Positions 38,474 through 48,678 are shown, numbered from the stretch's first letter. The stretch is 64,000 bases of DNA from Candidatus Onthomorpha sp. (GCA_045656565.1 JAZORH010000013.1:65968-129967); one strand, 5' to 3'. Notes: a model not told the origin generated them from the letters alone. A program made the numbers and translations.

Positions 38474-41400
38474 TTATTTATTCCAATCCATTGTTGCCAT
38501 TCTCTTGTAAGATTCGTAACGCCATTTAGCATTTTCTTCTGAGGCTGCAAATAATTGTGCTGCTTCTTCTGGGAATGCTTTCTTCAATGAGTTGTAACGT
38601 ACTTCTCCGTCAATGAATGCTTGGAATTTACTCCAATCTGGTTCTTTTGAATCTAATGTAAATGGATTCTTTCCTTCTGCTGCAAGCTCAGGATTGTATC
38701 TCCACAAGTGCCAGTATCCGCATTCAACTGCGCGTTTTCCTTCTTCTTGTGTTTTTCCCATACCTATCTTGATACCATGGTTGATACATGGAGCGTAAGC
38801 TATGATCAATGATGGTCCATTGTAAGCTTCTGCTTCTTTTAATACTTTTAAGTATTGTGCAGGGTCTGCTCCTATTGATACTTGTGCAACATAAACGTAG
38901 CCGTATGTTGTTGCTATCATACCAAGGTCTTTCTTACGGATTCTCTTTCCTGATGCTGCAAATTTAGCTATTGCTCCTACTGGTGTAGCTTTTGATGCTT
39001 GTCCTCCTGTGTTAGAGTAAACTTCTGTATCTACTACTAATATGTTTACATCTTCTCCTGATGCGATAACATGGTCAAGTCCACCGTATCCGATGTCGTA
39101 TCCCCAACCGTCTCCACCGAATATCCATTGTGATTTCTTAACGATGAATTGTTTGTTAGCTTCTAATTCTTTGCATATATCGCAACCGCATTGTCCTAAT
39201 GTTGGAACAAGTGAGTTGTAAACTTTTTGTGTGATTTCTGCGTTTTCTCTATTGTCTATCCAAAGTTGGAATAATGCTTTTTGGTCTGCTGTGCAACAAT
39301 CGCATACTAAGCCTCTTCTCATTAGGTCTTCAACTCTATCTCTCATCTTACGAGTTGCTGTTGCCATACCTAAACCAAATTCTGCGTTATCTTCAAATAA
39401 TGAGTTAGCCCAAGCTGGTCCTCTGCCTTCTGCGTTTGTTGTATATGGCATAGATGGGCAAGAACCTCCGTAGATTGAAGAACAACCTGTTGCGTTTGCT
39501 ACCATCATTCTTTCTCCGAACAATTGTGTGATAAGTTTTATGTAAGGTGTTTCACCACAACCTGCACATGCTCCTGAGAACTCGAATAATGGTTGAGCAA
39601 ATTGAGAATTCTTTATGCTCTTTCCTACTTCTACTAGGTTAGATTTGTATGTTACGTTCTTTGTTACAACGTCCCAAACTTTTGCTTCTTCCATTTGTGT
39701 GTGTAATGGTTCCATTGTAAGAGCTTTTGTCTTAGCTGGACATACATCAACACAGTTTCCACAACCTGTACAATCAAGTGGAGATATTTGTACACGGAAT
39801 TGCATTCCTTCAAATTCTTTTCCTATTGCTTTTATTGTGGTTGGATTTCCTGTTTTTGCAAGTTCGTCTGCTGTGAATACGAATGGACGTACTGCTGCGT
39901 GAGGACATACTAATGAACACTTGTTACATTGGATACAGTTTTCTGCATGCCATGCTGGAACGTGTGCCGCGATTCCTCTCTTTTCGTATTGTGATGTACC
40001 GCAAGGGAATGTACCGTTTTCTCTTCCTACAAATGCACTTACAGGTAATGTATCTCCTTCTTGTGCGTTGATTACATCTACAACATTCTTTATGAATTCT
40101 GGTCTGTCTGCTGCTTCTCCACAGTTGCAACCGCATGTGCAAGCATCAGCCCATTCTTTCTTAACTTCTATCTTTATAACTTCTCCTCCTTTATCAACAG
40201 CAGCGTAGTTCATCTTAACGATGTTTTCGCCTTTCTTGCCGTATGATTTGTCGATTGCTTTCTTCATTGCTGTTACTGCAACTTCGTAAGGAATTACTTC
40301 TGCAATCTTGAAGAATGCTGATTGAAGAATTGTGTTAGTTCTGTTTCCTAATCCTATTTCTTCTGCAATCTTTGTTGCGTTGATTATGTAGAAGTTGATA
40401 TTCTTTTCTGCTAATTCTTTTTTAACCTTAGCGCTTAATCTTTCTACTGTTTCTTCTGCTGAGAACATTGAGTTTAAAAGGAATGTTCCGTTTGGTTTGA
40501 TTCCTTTCAACACTTCATACATATTCATATAGTTGAACACGTGGCAAGCAACGAAGTCCGGTGTTGTAACTAAGTAAGGTGAACGAATTACATTGTCTCC
40601 AAAACGAAGGTGAGAGCAAGTAAATCCTCCTGATTTCTTACTATCGTATGAGAAATATGCTTGACAATATTTGTTTGTGTTGTCTCCGATGATTTTGATA
40701 GAGTTTTTGTTTGCTCCTACTGTACCATCTGCTCCTAATCCGTAGAATTTAGCTTCAAATGTTCCTTCTGTTGCCATTGATATTTCTGGTAACATTGGTA
40801 AAGAACGATTTGTAACGTCATCAACTATACCAACTGTAAATTGGTTCATTGGGTTAGCTGATTTAAGGTTTTCTACTACTGAAAGGATTTGTGCTGGTGT
40901 TGTATCTTTTGAAGACAATCCATATCTACCTCCTATTATCATAGGTTTCTTATCAGTTGGTATGTCTTTGCAAGATGCGAATGCTTCTACTACATCTAAG
41001 TATAATGGATCTCCGTTAGCTCCTGCTTCTTTTGTACGGTCAAGAACACAAATTCTCTTTGTTGTTTCTGGTAATACTGCTCCGAAATATTTCTTTGAGA
41101 ATGGACGGTAAAGATGTACTGTTACCAATCCTAATTTTTCACCTTTCTTAGCAAGATAGTCTATAACTTCTTTTATAGTATCTGAAACGCTACCCATTGC
41201 TACTATCACGTTTTCTGCATCTGCTGCTCCATAGTAGTTGAATGGTTTGTATTCTCTTCCTGTTAATTTAGAGATTTTTTCCATATAATCTGCTACTATT
41301 TCAGGTAATGCTTCGTAGTATGGATTACATGCTTCTCTTGCTTGGAAGAATACGTCTGGGTTTTGAGCTGTACCTCTTGTTACAGGGTGTTCTGGATTCA

Positions 41401-42028
41401 AGGCATTTTCTCTGTAATTTTTCAATGCTTCTTGATCAAGCAATGCAGCCATATCTTCTGTTTCCAATGCTTCTATTTTTTGGATTTCGTGAGATGTACG
41501 GAATCCGTCAAAGTAGTGCATGAATGGAACTCTTCCTTTGATTGCTGAAAGGTGAGCAACTCCTGCTAAATCCATTGCTTCTTGAACTGATGCTGAAGAA
41601 AGCATTGCAAATCCTGTTTGACGACAAGCGTAAACGTCAGAGTGATCTCCGAAAATTGAAAGAGCGTGAGCAGCGATTGTTCTTGCTGTAACGTGAAGTA
41701 CACCAGGAAGTAATTCTCCCGCTATTTTATACATATTTGGTATCATCAACAACAATCCTTGTGAAGCAGTGAATGTTGTTGATAAAGCACCTGCTTGTAA
41801 TGAACCGTGTAATGCACCAGCAGCTCCTGCTTCTGATTGCATTTCAACAAGTTTTACTGTTTCTCCAAAAATGTTTTTGCGACCATTAGCAGACCATTCA
41901 TCTACATATTCTGCCATTGGTGAAGACGGTGTAATAGGATAGATTGCTGCTACTTCGCTAAACATATAAGCAACGTGAGCACAAGCCTGATTACCGTCGC
42001 ATGTCAAAAATTTCTTTTCTTTTGCCAT
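38474..42028 (-). CDS. nifJ: Pyruvate:ferredoxin (flavodoxin) oxidoreductase
   Basis: 1184 aa, single-chain PFOR. It has two ferredoxin motifs (CIQCNKCSLVCP, CTGCGNCVDVCP) and a TPP-binding GDGWGYDIG block. Confidence 0.95.
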   Translation of the reverse strand: MAKEKKFLTCDGNQACAHVAYMFSEVAAIYPITPSSPMAEYVDEWSANGRKNIFGETVKLVEMQSEAGAAGALHGSLQAGALSTTFTASQGLLLMIPNMYKIAGELLPGVLHVTARTIAAHALSIFGDHSDVYACRQTGFAMLSSASVQEAMDLAGVAHLSAIKGRVPFMHYFDGFRTSHEIQKIEALETEDMAALLDQEALKNYRENALNPEHPVTRGTAQNPDVFFQAREACNPYYEALPEIVADYMEKISKLTGREYKPFNYYGAADAENVIVAMGSVSDTIKEVIDYLAKKGEKLGLVTVHLYRPFSKKYFGAVLPETTKRICVLDRTKEAGANGDPLYLDVVEAFASCKDIPTDKKPMIIGGRYGLSSKDTTPAQILSVVENLKSANPMNQFTVGIVDDVTNRSLPMLPEISMATEGTFEAKFYGLGADGTVGANKNSIKIIGDNTNKYCQAYFSYDSKKSGGFTCSHLRFGDNVIRSPYLVTTPDFVACHVFNYMNMYEVLKGIKPNGTFLLNSMFSAEETVERLSAKVKKELAEKNINFYIINATKIAEEIGLGNRTNTILQSAFFKIAEVIPYEVAVTAMKKAIDKSYGKKGENIVKMNYAAVDKGGEVIKIEVKKEWADACTCGCNCGEAADRPEFIKNVVDVINAQEGDTLPVSAFVGRENGTFPCGTSQYEKRGIAAHVPAWHAENCIQCNKCSLVCPHAAVRPFVFTADELAKTGNPTTIKAIGKEFEGMQFRVQISPLDCTGCGNCVDVCPAKTKALTMEPLHTQMEEAKVWDVVTKNVTYKSNLVEVGKSIKNSQFAQPLFEFSGACAGCGETPYIKLITQLFGERMMVANATGCSSIYGGSCPSMPYTTNAEGRGPAWANSLFEDNAEFGLGMATATRKMRDRVEDLMRRGLVCDCCTADQKALFQLWIDNRENAEITQKVYNSLVPTLGQCGCDICKELEANKQFIVKKSQWIFGGDGWGYDIGYGGLDHVIASGEDVNILVVDTEVYSNTGGQASKATPVGAIAKFAASGKRIRKKDLGMIATTYGYVYVAQVSIGADPAQYLKVLKEAEAYNGPSLIIAYAPCINHGIKIGMGKTQEEGKRAVECGYWHLWRYNPELAAEGKNPFTLDSKEPDWSKFQAFIDGEVRYNSLKKAFPEEAAQLFAASEENAKWRYESYKRMATMDWNK

Positions 42029-42111
42029 TGCTGTAAAATATAAAATGTTTCTGTTTTAACTATTAAATTGCCGTTTTATACTTCCAAAAACTACAAAGCG
42101 GCATTAAAATG

Positions 42112-42119
42112 CAAAGGTA
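42112..42119 (-). promoter_or_regulatory. -7 promoter element (TACCTTTG) of nifJ
   Basis: The reverse complement of caaaggta, 84 nt upstream of the ATG. Confidence 0.45.
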
Positions 42120-42297
42120 GTAAAAAAAACAAATACCTCAAAAAAATATTTTTATTAAATATGCATTTTCTACACTACCTTTTGCTCAAGAAAGATACAA
42201 GGGTTTACTATGTTATCTGTCTGATTCCTTAAATTCTTTCTTTTTTTGCGATTCTTAATATTTAGAAAGAGCGTAATTCAAATCAAGAATCAACAAA

Positions 42298-42334
42298 ACG
42301 AAACGCCGTTTCAGTAAATTGAAACGGCGTTTCG
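42298..42334 (-). terminator. Perfect 16-bp hairpin terminator
   Basis: acgaaacgccgtttca-gtaaat-tgaaacggcgtttcgt, followed on the minus strand by T-rich sequence. The stem sequence is related to the 21-nt unit family (GAAACGGCG). Confidence 0.7.
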
Positions 42335-42350
42335 TCATCTTAATTCTTCG

Positions 42351-42713
42351 TTATTTTTGGGGGAATAGTAAAATAAAGTATGTCCCATTATCTTCATACA
42401 CTTCTTTAATGATGAATTCGTCTTTTACTTTGTTAATTAGCTCTGATAACAAATCCATACTGTATGCTCTTTTTACGCAATAGCCTTCAGGAAATTCAAT
42501 TCTTGGTGTTCTCCATTGCACTTTCTTTATTATCATTTGAACTACCTTGCCATCAACTAAGACATCTACCGTTTTATAGTCTTCCGGGTTGGACAATTCT
42601 ACCCCTTGCTCAATATATAACACACCTTCGGGTATTTCTTCTTTTGAATACTCTTGTGCAAAAGCAAATGTTGTCAGAAACAATGCTGATGCGAATAAAA
42701 TTAGTCTTTTCAT
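42351..42713 (-). CDS. Small secreted protein of unknown function
   Basis: The signal peptide MKRLILFASALFLTTFAFAQ begins at an internal Met. The 31-codon upstream extension of the ORF looks non-coding (poly-A/T). Confidence 0.5.
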   Translation of the reverse strand: MKRLILFASALFLTTFAFAQEYSKEEIPEGVLYIEQGVELSNPEDYKTVDVLVDGKVVQMIIKKVQWRTPRIEFPEGYCVKRAYSMDLLSELINKVKDEFIIKEVYEDNGTYFILLFPQK

Positions 42714-42850
42714 ACTTGTTCGTTTTTTTTGTTGTAAACAATAAGACTGCAAATGTAAAAAAAAAGAAAGAAACTCCAATTTTTCAAGAAAAAAAAAAGC
42801 CGACAAGCAAATGGCTTATCGGCTTTCGTATTTATTGTTTTAATTTCTTC

Positions 42851-45001
42851 TTACTTTCTTGCTTCCAAAAGCAATTCCAACATTCTGGTTGCACTTTCAG
42901 AGATGATTGAACCAGGTCCGAAGATTGCAGCAGCTCCTGCTTCGTATAGGTATTCGTAGTCTTGTGGAGGGATAACACCACCTACTACTACCATTATATC
43001 TTCTCTTCCTAATTTCTTCAACTCTTCAATGATTTGAGGAACCAATGTCTTGTGTCCTGCAGCCAAAGAAGATACTCCAACGATGTGAACGTCGTTTTCA
43101 ACAGCTTGCTTAGCACTTTCTGCCGGTGTTTGGAACAATGGTCCCATGTCAACATCGAATCCAAGGTCTGCATATCCTGTTGCAACAACCTTAGCACCTC
43201 TGTCGTGACCATCTTGACCCATCTTGGCAATCATGATACGAGGTCTTCTACCTTCTACTTTCGCAAACTCTTCACACAACTCTTGTGCTTTCTTAAAGCT
43301 TGCATTGTCTTTAGCATCTGCACTGTACACGCCTGAAATCAAATTTATTTTTGCTTTATATCTACCAAAGTGTTTTTCTAATGCATAAGAGATTTCACCC
43401 AATGAAGCTCTCTTTCTAGCACAATCAACAGCGTGTTCCAACAAGTTTCCTTCGCCTGTTGCAGCAACGTTTGAAAGTGATTCCAATGCTGATTGAACGT
43501 CTGCTTCGTTTCTGTTTGCTCTCAACTCAGCCAAACGTTTGATTTGTTGTTCTCTAACAGCAGTGTTGTCGATTTCCAATGTATCGATTGTATCTTCGCT
43601 TTCCAATCTGTATTTGTTAACACCCAAGATTGTGTCTTTGCCAGAGTCGATTCTAGCTTGCTTTCTTGCTGAAGCTTCTTCAATTCTCATCTTAGGAATA
43701 CCGCTTTCGATAGCTGCAGCCATACCACCAAGTTTTTCAACTTCTTGAATGTGACCCCAAGCTCTGTGAGCGATTTCATGAGTAAGGCTTTCAACATAGT
43801 AGCTACCTGCCCATGGGTCAACGCTTCTGCAAATGTCTGTTTCTTCTTGAAGATAGATTTGAGTATTTCTTGCAATACGAGCAGAGAAGTCTGTTGGCAA
43901 TGCGATAGCTTCGTCCAAAGCGTTGGTGTGAAGTGATTGAGTGTGTCCCAATGCAGCTCCCATTGCTTCGATACAAGTTCTTCCCACGTTGTTGAATGGA
44001 TCTTGTTCTGTCAATGACCAACCTGATGTTTGGCTGTGAGTACGCAATGCAAGAGATTTAGGATTTTGAGGGTTGAATTGCTTAATCAACTTAGCCCACA
44101 ACATTCTCGCTGCTCTCATCTTTGCAATCTCCATGAAGTGATTCATACCTATCGCCCAGAAGAAAGACAAACGTGGAGCAAATTGGTCAACGCTCATTCC
44201 GGCATTTATACCTGCTCTAATGTATTCCAAACCGTCTGCCAAAGTATAAGCCATCTCTATATCACAAGTTGCTCCTGCTTCTTGCATGTGGTAACCTGAG
44301 ATAGAGATAGAGTTAAACTTAGGCATATTCTTTGAAGTGAATTCGAATATATCTGCGATTATCTTCATTGAAGGTTTAGGAGGATAGATGTAAGTATTTC
44401 TTACCATGAACTCTTTCAAGATATCGTTTTGAATTGTACCAGAAAGTTTGTCCATGGACACTCCTTGTTCCTCTGCTGCTATGATGTAGAATGCCAAGAT
44501 TGGCAATACCGCTCCGTTCATTGTCATTGAAACAGACATCTTGTCCAATGGGATTTGATCGAACAAGATTTTCATATCTTCTATTGAACAAATACTTACA
44601 CCAGCTTTACCAACGTCTCCAACAACTCTTTCATGGTCTGCATCGTATCCTCTATGTGTAGCAAGGTCAAAAGCACATGACAATCCTTTTTGTCCTGCTG
44701 CTATGTTACGACGATAAAACGCGTTTGACTCTTCAGCAGTTGAGAAACCTGCATATTGACGCACTGTCCAAGGTCTCATAACGTACATTGTAGAGTATGG
44801 TCCACGCAAGTTAGGTGCAATACCTGCTGCATAGTTAAGGTGTTCCATACCCAAAAGGTCTGCTTTGCCATAAACAGGCTTAACAGGTATTTGTTCAGTG
44901 GTAATCCAATTTTTTGCATTACCAACTTCTTTTTCCCACGCTCCAAAGTCTGATGCAGGTGCAAAAGACTTGAAGTCAATGTTTGCAAAATTTGGTCTCA
45001 T
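42851..45001 (-). CDS. mutB: Methylmalonyl-CoA mutase, large (catalytic, B12-binding) subunit
   Basis: 716 aa. It has [22 protein letters not shown], a TIM-barrel substrate domain, and a C-terminal B12 domain with DGHDRGAKV (DxHxxG). Confidence 0.95.
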   Translation of the reverse strand: MRPNFANIDFKSFAPASDFGAWEKEVGNAKNWITTEQIPVKPVYGKADLLGMEHLNYAAGIAPNLRGPYSTMYVMRPWTVRQYAGFSTAEESNAFYRRNIAAGQKGLSCAFDLATHRGYDADHERVVGDVGKAGVSICSIEDMKILFDQIPLDKMSVSMTMNGAVLPILAFYIIAAEEQGVSMDKLSGTIQNDILKEFMVRNTYIYPPKPSMKIIADIFEFTSKNMPKFNSISISGYHMQEAGATCDIEMAYTLADGLEYIRAGINAGMSVDQFAPRLSFFWAIGMNHFMEIAKMRAARMLWAKLIKQFNPQNPKSLALRTHSQTSGWSLTEQDPFNNVGRTCIEAMGAALGHTQSLHTNALDEAIALPTDFSARIARNTQIYLQEETDICRSVDPWAGSYYVESLTHEIAHRAWGHIQEVEKLGGMAAAIESGIPKMRIEEASARKQARIDSGKDTILGVNKYRLESEDTIDTLEIDNTAVREQQIKRLAELRANRNEADVQSALESLSNVAATGEGNLLEHAVDCARKRASLGEISYALEKHFGRYKAKINLISGVYSADAKDNASFKKAQELCEEFAKVEGRRPRIMIAKMGQDGHDRGAKVVATGYADLGFDVDMGPLFQTPAESAKQAVENDVHIVGVSSLAAGHKTLVPQIIEELKKLGREDIMVVVGGVIPPQDYEYLYEAGAAAIFGPGSIISESATRMLELLLEARK

Positions 45002-45066
45002 TATCAGAAGTTTTTAATTATTATTCTATTACATTAAGCAGAATGTCTTGCCGACATTTCAGACTG

Positions 45067-45074
45067 CAAAGGTA
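45067..45074 (-). promoter_or_regulatory. -7 promoter element (TACCTTTG) of mutB
   Basis: It lies 66 nt upstream of the ATG at 45001. Confidence 0.5.
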
Positions 45075-45265
45075 CTTCTTTTATTTGAACTTAACAATAA
45101 AAAAGGACGAAATTATGGTTACAAAATGCAGATTTTGTTTTTTGTAGGATAGAAAGATGTTTTTCGAAGAGCTTTTCTTAATCTTTTAACATCAAATTAA
45201 GCTTCAAATTGGTGATTCTTTTTGAGTCGAATCGCCAATAATAAAAAGCGACAAATTTATTCTTG

Positions 45266-45345
45266 AAAAGAAGCTCCTAAAACGAGAAAAGAACAAACTA
45301 AAACGAAGTTTAATTTAGACAAAACAAAGTTTTGATAAAACCGTT
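45266..45345 (+). repeat. Intergenic 21/22-nt tandem unit cluster (same family)
   Basis: The ...AAAACGAG, ...AAAACGAAG and ...AAAACAAAG ends fall at 45286, 45308 and 45329. Confidence 0.75.
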
Positions 45346-45349
45346 TTTT

Positions 45350-46669
45350 TTATTCCATTTCTGTTTCTTCCGCTTTCTCTGCAACTGTATTAGAATTTGT
45401 TGACAGAGAGTCTTCTGTGGCATTTTTTACAACTCGCTTTGACTTAACTTTTGCTTTGAAGAAAAACTGCAAAAAGATACTTATGCGAGGGTATTTCTCA
45501 ACAAGCAGTATGAAAACAGAACATAGCAATATCGAAAAGAATACTACCGAGAATGTAATATACTTTATCGTTTCTCCACCTGGGATTCCCAACTGCTCAG
45601 GCACCGATGCCAATACCGCAGCGGCCAATCCCTTTGGCACCATTACCGAGATAACACTCTTATCAAAAGCATTGGAGTTGTTAGGCGAGAAAAAGATAGT
45701 TGTAATCACCCTTGTAACAACCAAAGCCAAGGTGATGATAGCACCAATCATTATACACTTAAAGTCGGAGAAAGGAATACTCAACCCAATGAAAACAAAG
45801 AAGAACGTTTTCAAGACAAAACCTATCTCGCTGATAAAAGACTTTTCATTCTCATTAAGTTTTAGATTCTTATTTTTTTGATATTTTTCAAGGAACTTAA
45901 AGTTGAAGTATTCCATATTTGCAATCGTTATACCAAAGGCAAGAGATGCGATAGCACCACTATATCCCAACACTTCTGCAACGCCATAAATTATAAACAA
46001 ATAGGCTGGTGTTAAGAACATAGAGTTTCTTAATTGTCTTATCTTTTGCAATAGACTTGCCCAAACGATAGCTCCAATCACTCCTAACAAAGTTGCCAAT
46101 ACGAAAGAAGACAAAACATTGCCCGCAACCTTACCAACATTTAACCCACTGCCCATTAGCTTAGCGTCCATGAAAGCAAAAGCAAACACAATACACAACA
46201 CATCAGTCAGAGCCGATTCAAGAATAAGTGCAGTTTTGGTTTGAGAAGATAGTTTCAAATGTTGAGCCAAAGGAATCACCACTGCAGAAGATGTACCTGC
46301 CAATATAGTTCCAAGAATTATGCTGTTTAGCAAATCGTTTCCAAACCAGTAAGAGATAGCACTTACAACCACAGCTGCCGCAACAAAACTGCTAGCAGTC
46401 AGTTTGACGGTTGAACGCCACGAATCACGCAAATCCCCAATGCTTATACCAGTTCCTCCTTCAAAAAGAATAACCACCAGTGTTATAGAGGTAAACACCC
46501 CTCCCACACTACCGAAATCTTCCGGTGAAACAAAGTTCAAAACAGGTCCAATCAGCACCCCAATAATCAATAGCAATAAAACATCAGGTATCTTTTTCTT
46601 ACTGAAAATCATTGAAAAAAGATGGGCTGAAAAAACTAAGATTCCCAAAAATATAAGTACTGATCCCAT
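45350..46669 (-). CDS. Cation:proton antiporter (CPA1/CPA2 Na+/H+ exchanger family)
   Basis: 439 aa, with about 11-12 TM segments. The pattern is typical of the Na_H_exchanger family (LLIIGVLIGP, ILFEGG). Confidence 0.75.
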   Translation of the reverse strand: MGSVLIFLGILVFSAHLFSMIFSKKKIPDVLLLLIIGVLIGPVLNFVSPEDFGSVGGVFTSITLVVILFEGGTGISIGDLRDSWRSTVKLTASSFVAAAVVVSAISYWFGNDLLNSIILGTILAGTSSAVVIPLAQHLKLSSQTKTALILESALTDVLCIVFAFAFMDAKLMGSGLNVGKVAGNVLSSFVLATLLGVIGAIVWASLLQKIRQLRNSMFLTPAYLFIIYGVAEVLGYSGAIASLAFGITIANMEYFNFKFLEKYQKNKNLKLNENEKSFISEIGFVLKTFFFVFIGLSIPFSDFKCIMIGAIITLALVVTRVITTIFFSPNNSNAFDKSVISVMVPKGLAAAVLASVPEQLGIPGGETIKYITFSVVFFSILLCSVFILLVEKYPRISIFLQFFFKAKVKSKRVVKNATEDSLSTNSNTVAEKAEETEME

Positions 46670-46688
46670 TTCTTTGTTTTTAATTATC

Positions 46689-47201
46689 TTAATACTGAAG
46701 ATCGCAATCGAAAGACTTTATCAAAGTATCGATAGCATTTGTCTTCTTTTTGAAATATGCATACGTATCTTCAGGTGTATAGATTTTAACTGCTTTTTCT
46801 TTTTGTTTGCATCTAACTTTCAAAAAGTAGTTATCCATACCCGTCTTCTCTTTTACAAACGATTTAATCTTTTGTTTATTATTTTCTAATTCAAATTCGG
46901 AGATACTGTTATTGACTTCCAAAACGATGAATTCATCATTCAACTTAATACATTCTGCAGTCTTTATCGAGAAAGAAAGATTCGGATTCTCCGTTTCGCA
47001 TTCCTCGCTTAATTGTTTTAGAGCATCGCAAAACGCTTTGAAATCTTCAACTTTTTTTTCTTCAACAAGTTCGACATGTTTCTTCTCTAAAACCTTAACC
47101 TCTTCAACAGAGTCATTTATGGCAAAAGGAGATACGATTTTAATATTTGTATTGATCTTTCTAGTAGCCGGTGTCGCTACATTCAAATCGTCATTTTTTT
47201 T
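46689..47201 (-). CDS. dnaX: dnaX downstream segment: tau-specific C-terminal region in the -1 frame relative to 47183..48424
   Basis: This frame is open from the AAA codon at 47201-47199, immediately after an in-frame TAA at 47204-47202, down to the stop at 46689. There is no credible independent promoter or start. See the slippery-site feature. Confidence 0.65.
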   Translation of the reverse strand, partial: KKNDDLNVATPATRKINTNIKIVSPFAINDSVEEVKVLEKKHVELVEEKKVEDFKAFCDALKQLSEECETENPNLSFSIKTAECIKLNDEFIVLEVNNSISEFELENNKQKIKSFVKEKTGMDNYFLKVRCKQKEKAVKIYTPEDTYAYFKKKTNAIDTLIKSFDCDLQY

Positions 47202-48424
47202 TTAGTGTCGTCTTCTTTTAGAATCGAGTTTTGAGTAATTGGAGATGTTGCTTGCATTTGTTGAAGCGGACCTTGATTCAACTGGCGTGGTTGTTGCGTT
47301 TGCTGTGGAGGGTGCTGATTTGGTTGGAGTTTATTCATAATATACGCCATCTTCATCAAGCCTAGCTCTATGCACAAACGCTTATTGTAACTCTCTCTAT
47401 ACTCCAACGCACAAGTGTTTGCAAATTCCAAGGCACGCAAGATAAACAATTGAGGAGCGCTCTGAGCTTGCAAGTTATACCTTTGAGCAACCGTCTCACT
47501 AACATCTAACAACGATATAGAGGTAGGGTTTTTGCATACAAGTAAATTACGAAAATGAGAAGCCAATCCACTTATAAAATGACTACCTTCAAAACCTTTC
47601 TTAAGTACTTGGTCGAATAGCAGAAGGGAATTAGGAACATCGCTCGCCAAAAGCAAATCTGTCAATTTGAAATAGTAGTCATAATCCAATATATTCAAAT
47701 TGTCAATTATGTTTTTGTACGAAAGATTAGCATTTGTGAAAGAAACCAATTGGTCAAACATACTTAAAGCATCACGCAATCCCCCATCTGCCTTTTGAGC
47801 TATGATTCTAAGAGCCTCTTTCTCATATGCGACACTCTCAGTCTTTGCAATATACTCCAAATGGTTAGCAATATCTTCGTTATTTATGCGATGGAAGTCA
47901 AAAATCTGACACCTAGACAAGATTGTCGGCATAATCTTATGCTTTTCTGTCGTTGCAAGAATGAATTTTGCGTATGCAGGCGGCTCTTCCAAAGTTTTCA
48001 AAAACGCATTGAAAGCCGCAGTGGAAAGCATATGCACTTCGTCTATGATATAAACCTTATAGCGTCCGTTTTGAGGAGGAATTTTCACTTGCTCTATAAG
48101 AGAGCGTATATCCTCTACTGAATTGTTCGATGCAGCGTCTAGTTCCACTATATTGAAAGACGCATTTGAATCGAAGCTGCGACAACTCTCACATTCGTTA
48201 CAAGCTTCCGTTTGTTCGTTTATGGAAGTGCAGTTGATAGTCTTTGCCAATATTCTCGCACAAGTAGTCTTCCCAACACCTCTTGGACCGCAAAACAAAA
48301 ATGCTTGTGCAAGCTGATTGCTCCTTAAGGCGTTTTGCAAAGTCGAGGTGATGTGTCCTTGCCCTACAACCGAACGAAAATCACTCGGACGATACTTTCT
48401 GGCTGATACAACATAGTTTTCCAT
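47183..48424 (-). CDS. dnaX: DNA polymerase III subunit gamma/tau, zero-frame (gamma-like) product
   Basis: The AAA+ clamp-loader motifs are GPRGVGKTT (Walker A), IIDEVHMLS (Walker B), a zinc module CNECESC, and SRC (ILSRCQ). It is 413 aa and ends 9 nt after the A10 run. Confidence 0.9.
   Translation of the reverse strand: MENYVVSARKYRPSDFRSVVGQGHITSTLQNALRSNQLAQAFLFCGPRGVGKTTCARILAKTINCTSINEQTEACNECESCRSFDSNASFNIVELDAASNNSVEDIRSLIEQVKIPPQNGRYKVYIIDEVHMLSTAAFNAFLKTLEEPPAYAKFILATTEKHKIMPTILSRCQIFDFHRINNEDIANHLEYIAKTESVAYEKEALRIIAQKADGGLRDALSMFDQLVSFTNANLSYKNIIDNLNILDYDYYFKLTDLLLASDVPNSLLLFDQVLKKGFEGSHFISGLASHFRNLLVCKNPTSISLLDVSETVAQRYNLQAQSAPQLFILRALEFANTCALEYRESYNKRLCIELGLMKMAYIMNKLQPNQHPPQQTQQPRQLNQGPLQQMQATSPITQNSILKEDDTKKKMTI
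47194..47203 (-). other. dnaX: A10 homopolymer: candidate transcriptional-slippage / -1 ribosomal frameshift site joining the two dnaX reading frames
   Basis: The plus strand shows T10 at 47194-47203. The minus strand reads ACT AAA AAA AAA ATG ACG ATT TGA. Confidence 0.6.
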
Positions 48425-48490
48425 AACGTTAATCTTTAATTGCTATATCCGTCTTGGGATTATTTGTCTGCAAAGTTAAAAAATAATATT

Positions 48491-48628
48491 CAACCCACAA
48501 AGTTCAGACGAATATTTTATCCATTCTGTTCAACGAAACAAAGATCTAGAAAATTAAAACGAAGATTCATTTTCTTAAAATCAAAAAAGAAAAAATTAAA
48601 ACAAAGTTTCAGTGATAGCGAATTCAAG
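48491..48628 (+). repeat. Intergenic cluster of about six tandem units (same family)
   Basis: Units end at 48502, 48543, 48564, 48589, 48606 and 48628. They include TCTAGAAAATTAAAACGAAG and AAAAAATTAAAACAAAG. Confidence 0.75.
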
Positions 48629-48638
48629 AGAAAACAAA

Positions 48639-48678
48639 AGCGAGGACTTATTTCGAATTACTGAAATGAATCCTCGCT
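48639..48678 (-). terminator. Terminator after the DUF4139-like gene
   Basis: The minus strand reads agcgaggattcatttc...gaaataagtcctcgct followed by TTTTGTTTT. Confidence 0.7.

Noticed and set aside
45219-45238. Small hairpin ggtgattc...gaatcgcc upstream of mutB, considered as a possible regulatory RNA or B12 element
   Set aside because: It is too short, has none of the conserved B12-box or riboswitch core sequence, and has no adjacent T-run.
45417-46889. The + strand ORFs 45417..45881 and 46404..46889
   Set aside because: They are antisense to the polytopic antiporter gene and the dnaX tail. They have no motifs and no promoter.
46689-48424. Annotating dnaX as a simple pseudogene
   Set aside because: Both halves are intact and free of other lesions. 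The frame change maps precisely to an A10 run, with a stop closing the -1 frame just before it. dnaX also has well-known recoding precedents. A sequencing or assembly indel cannot be excluded from the sequence alone.
48491-48628. The tandem 21-nt units, here and at the other loci, considered as small CRISPR arrays
   Set aside because: The units are contiguous, with no unique spacers of 25-40 nt between them. The repeats are degenerate rather than identical, clusters hold only 3-6 units, and no cas genes are present in the window.
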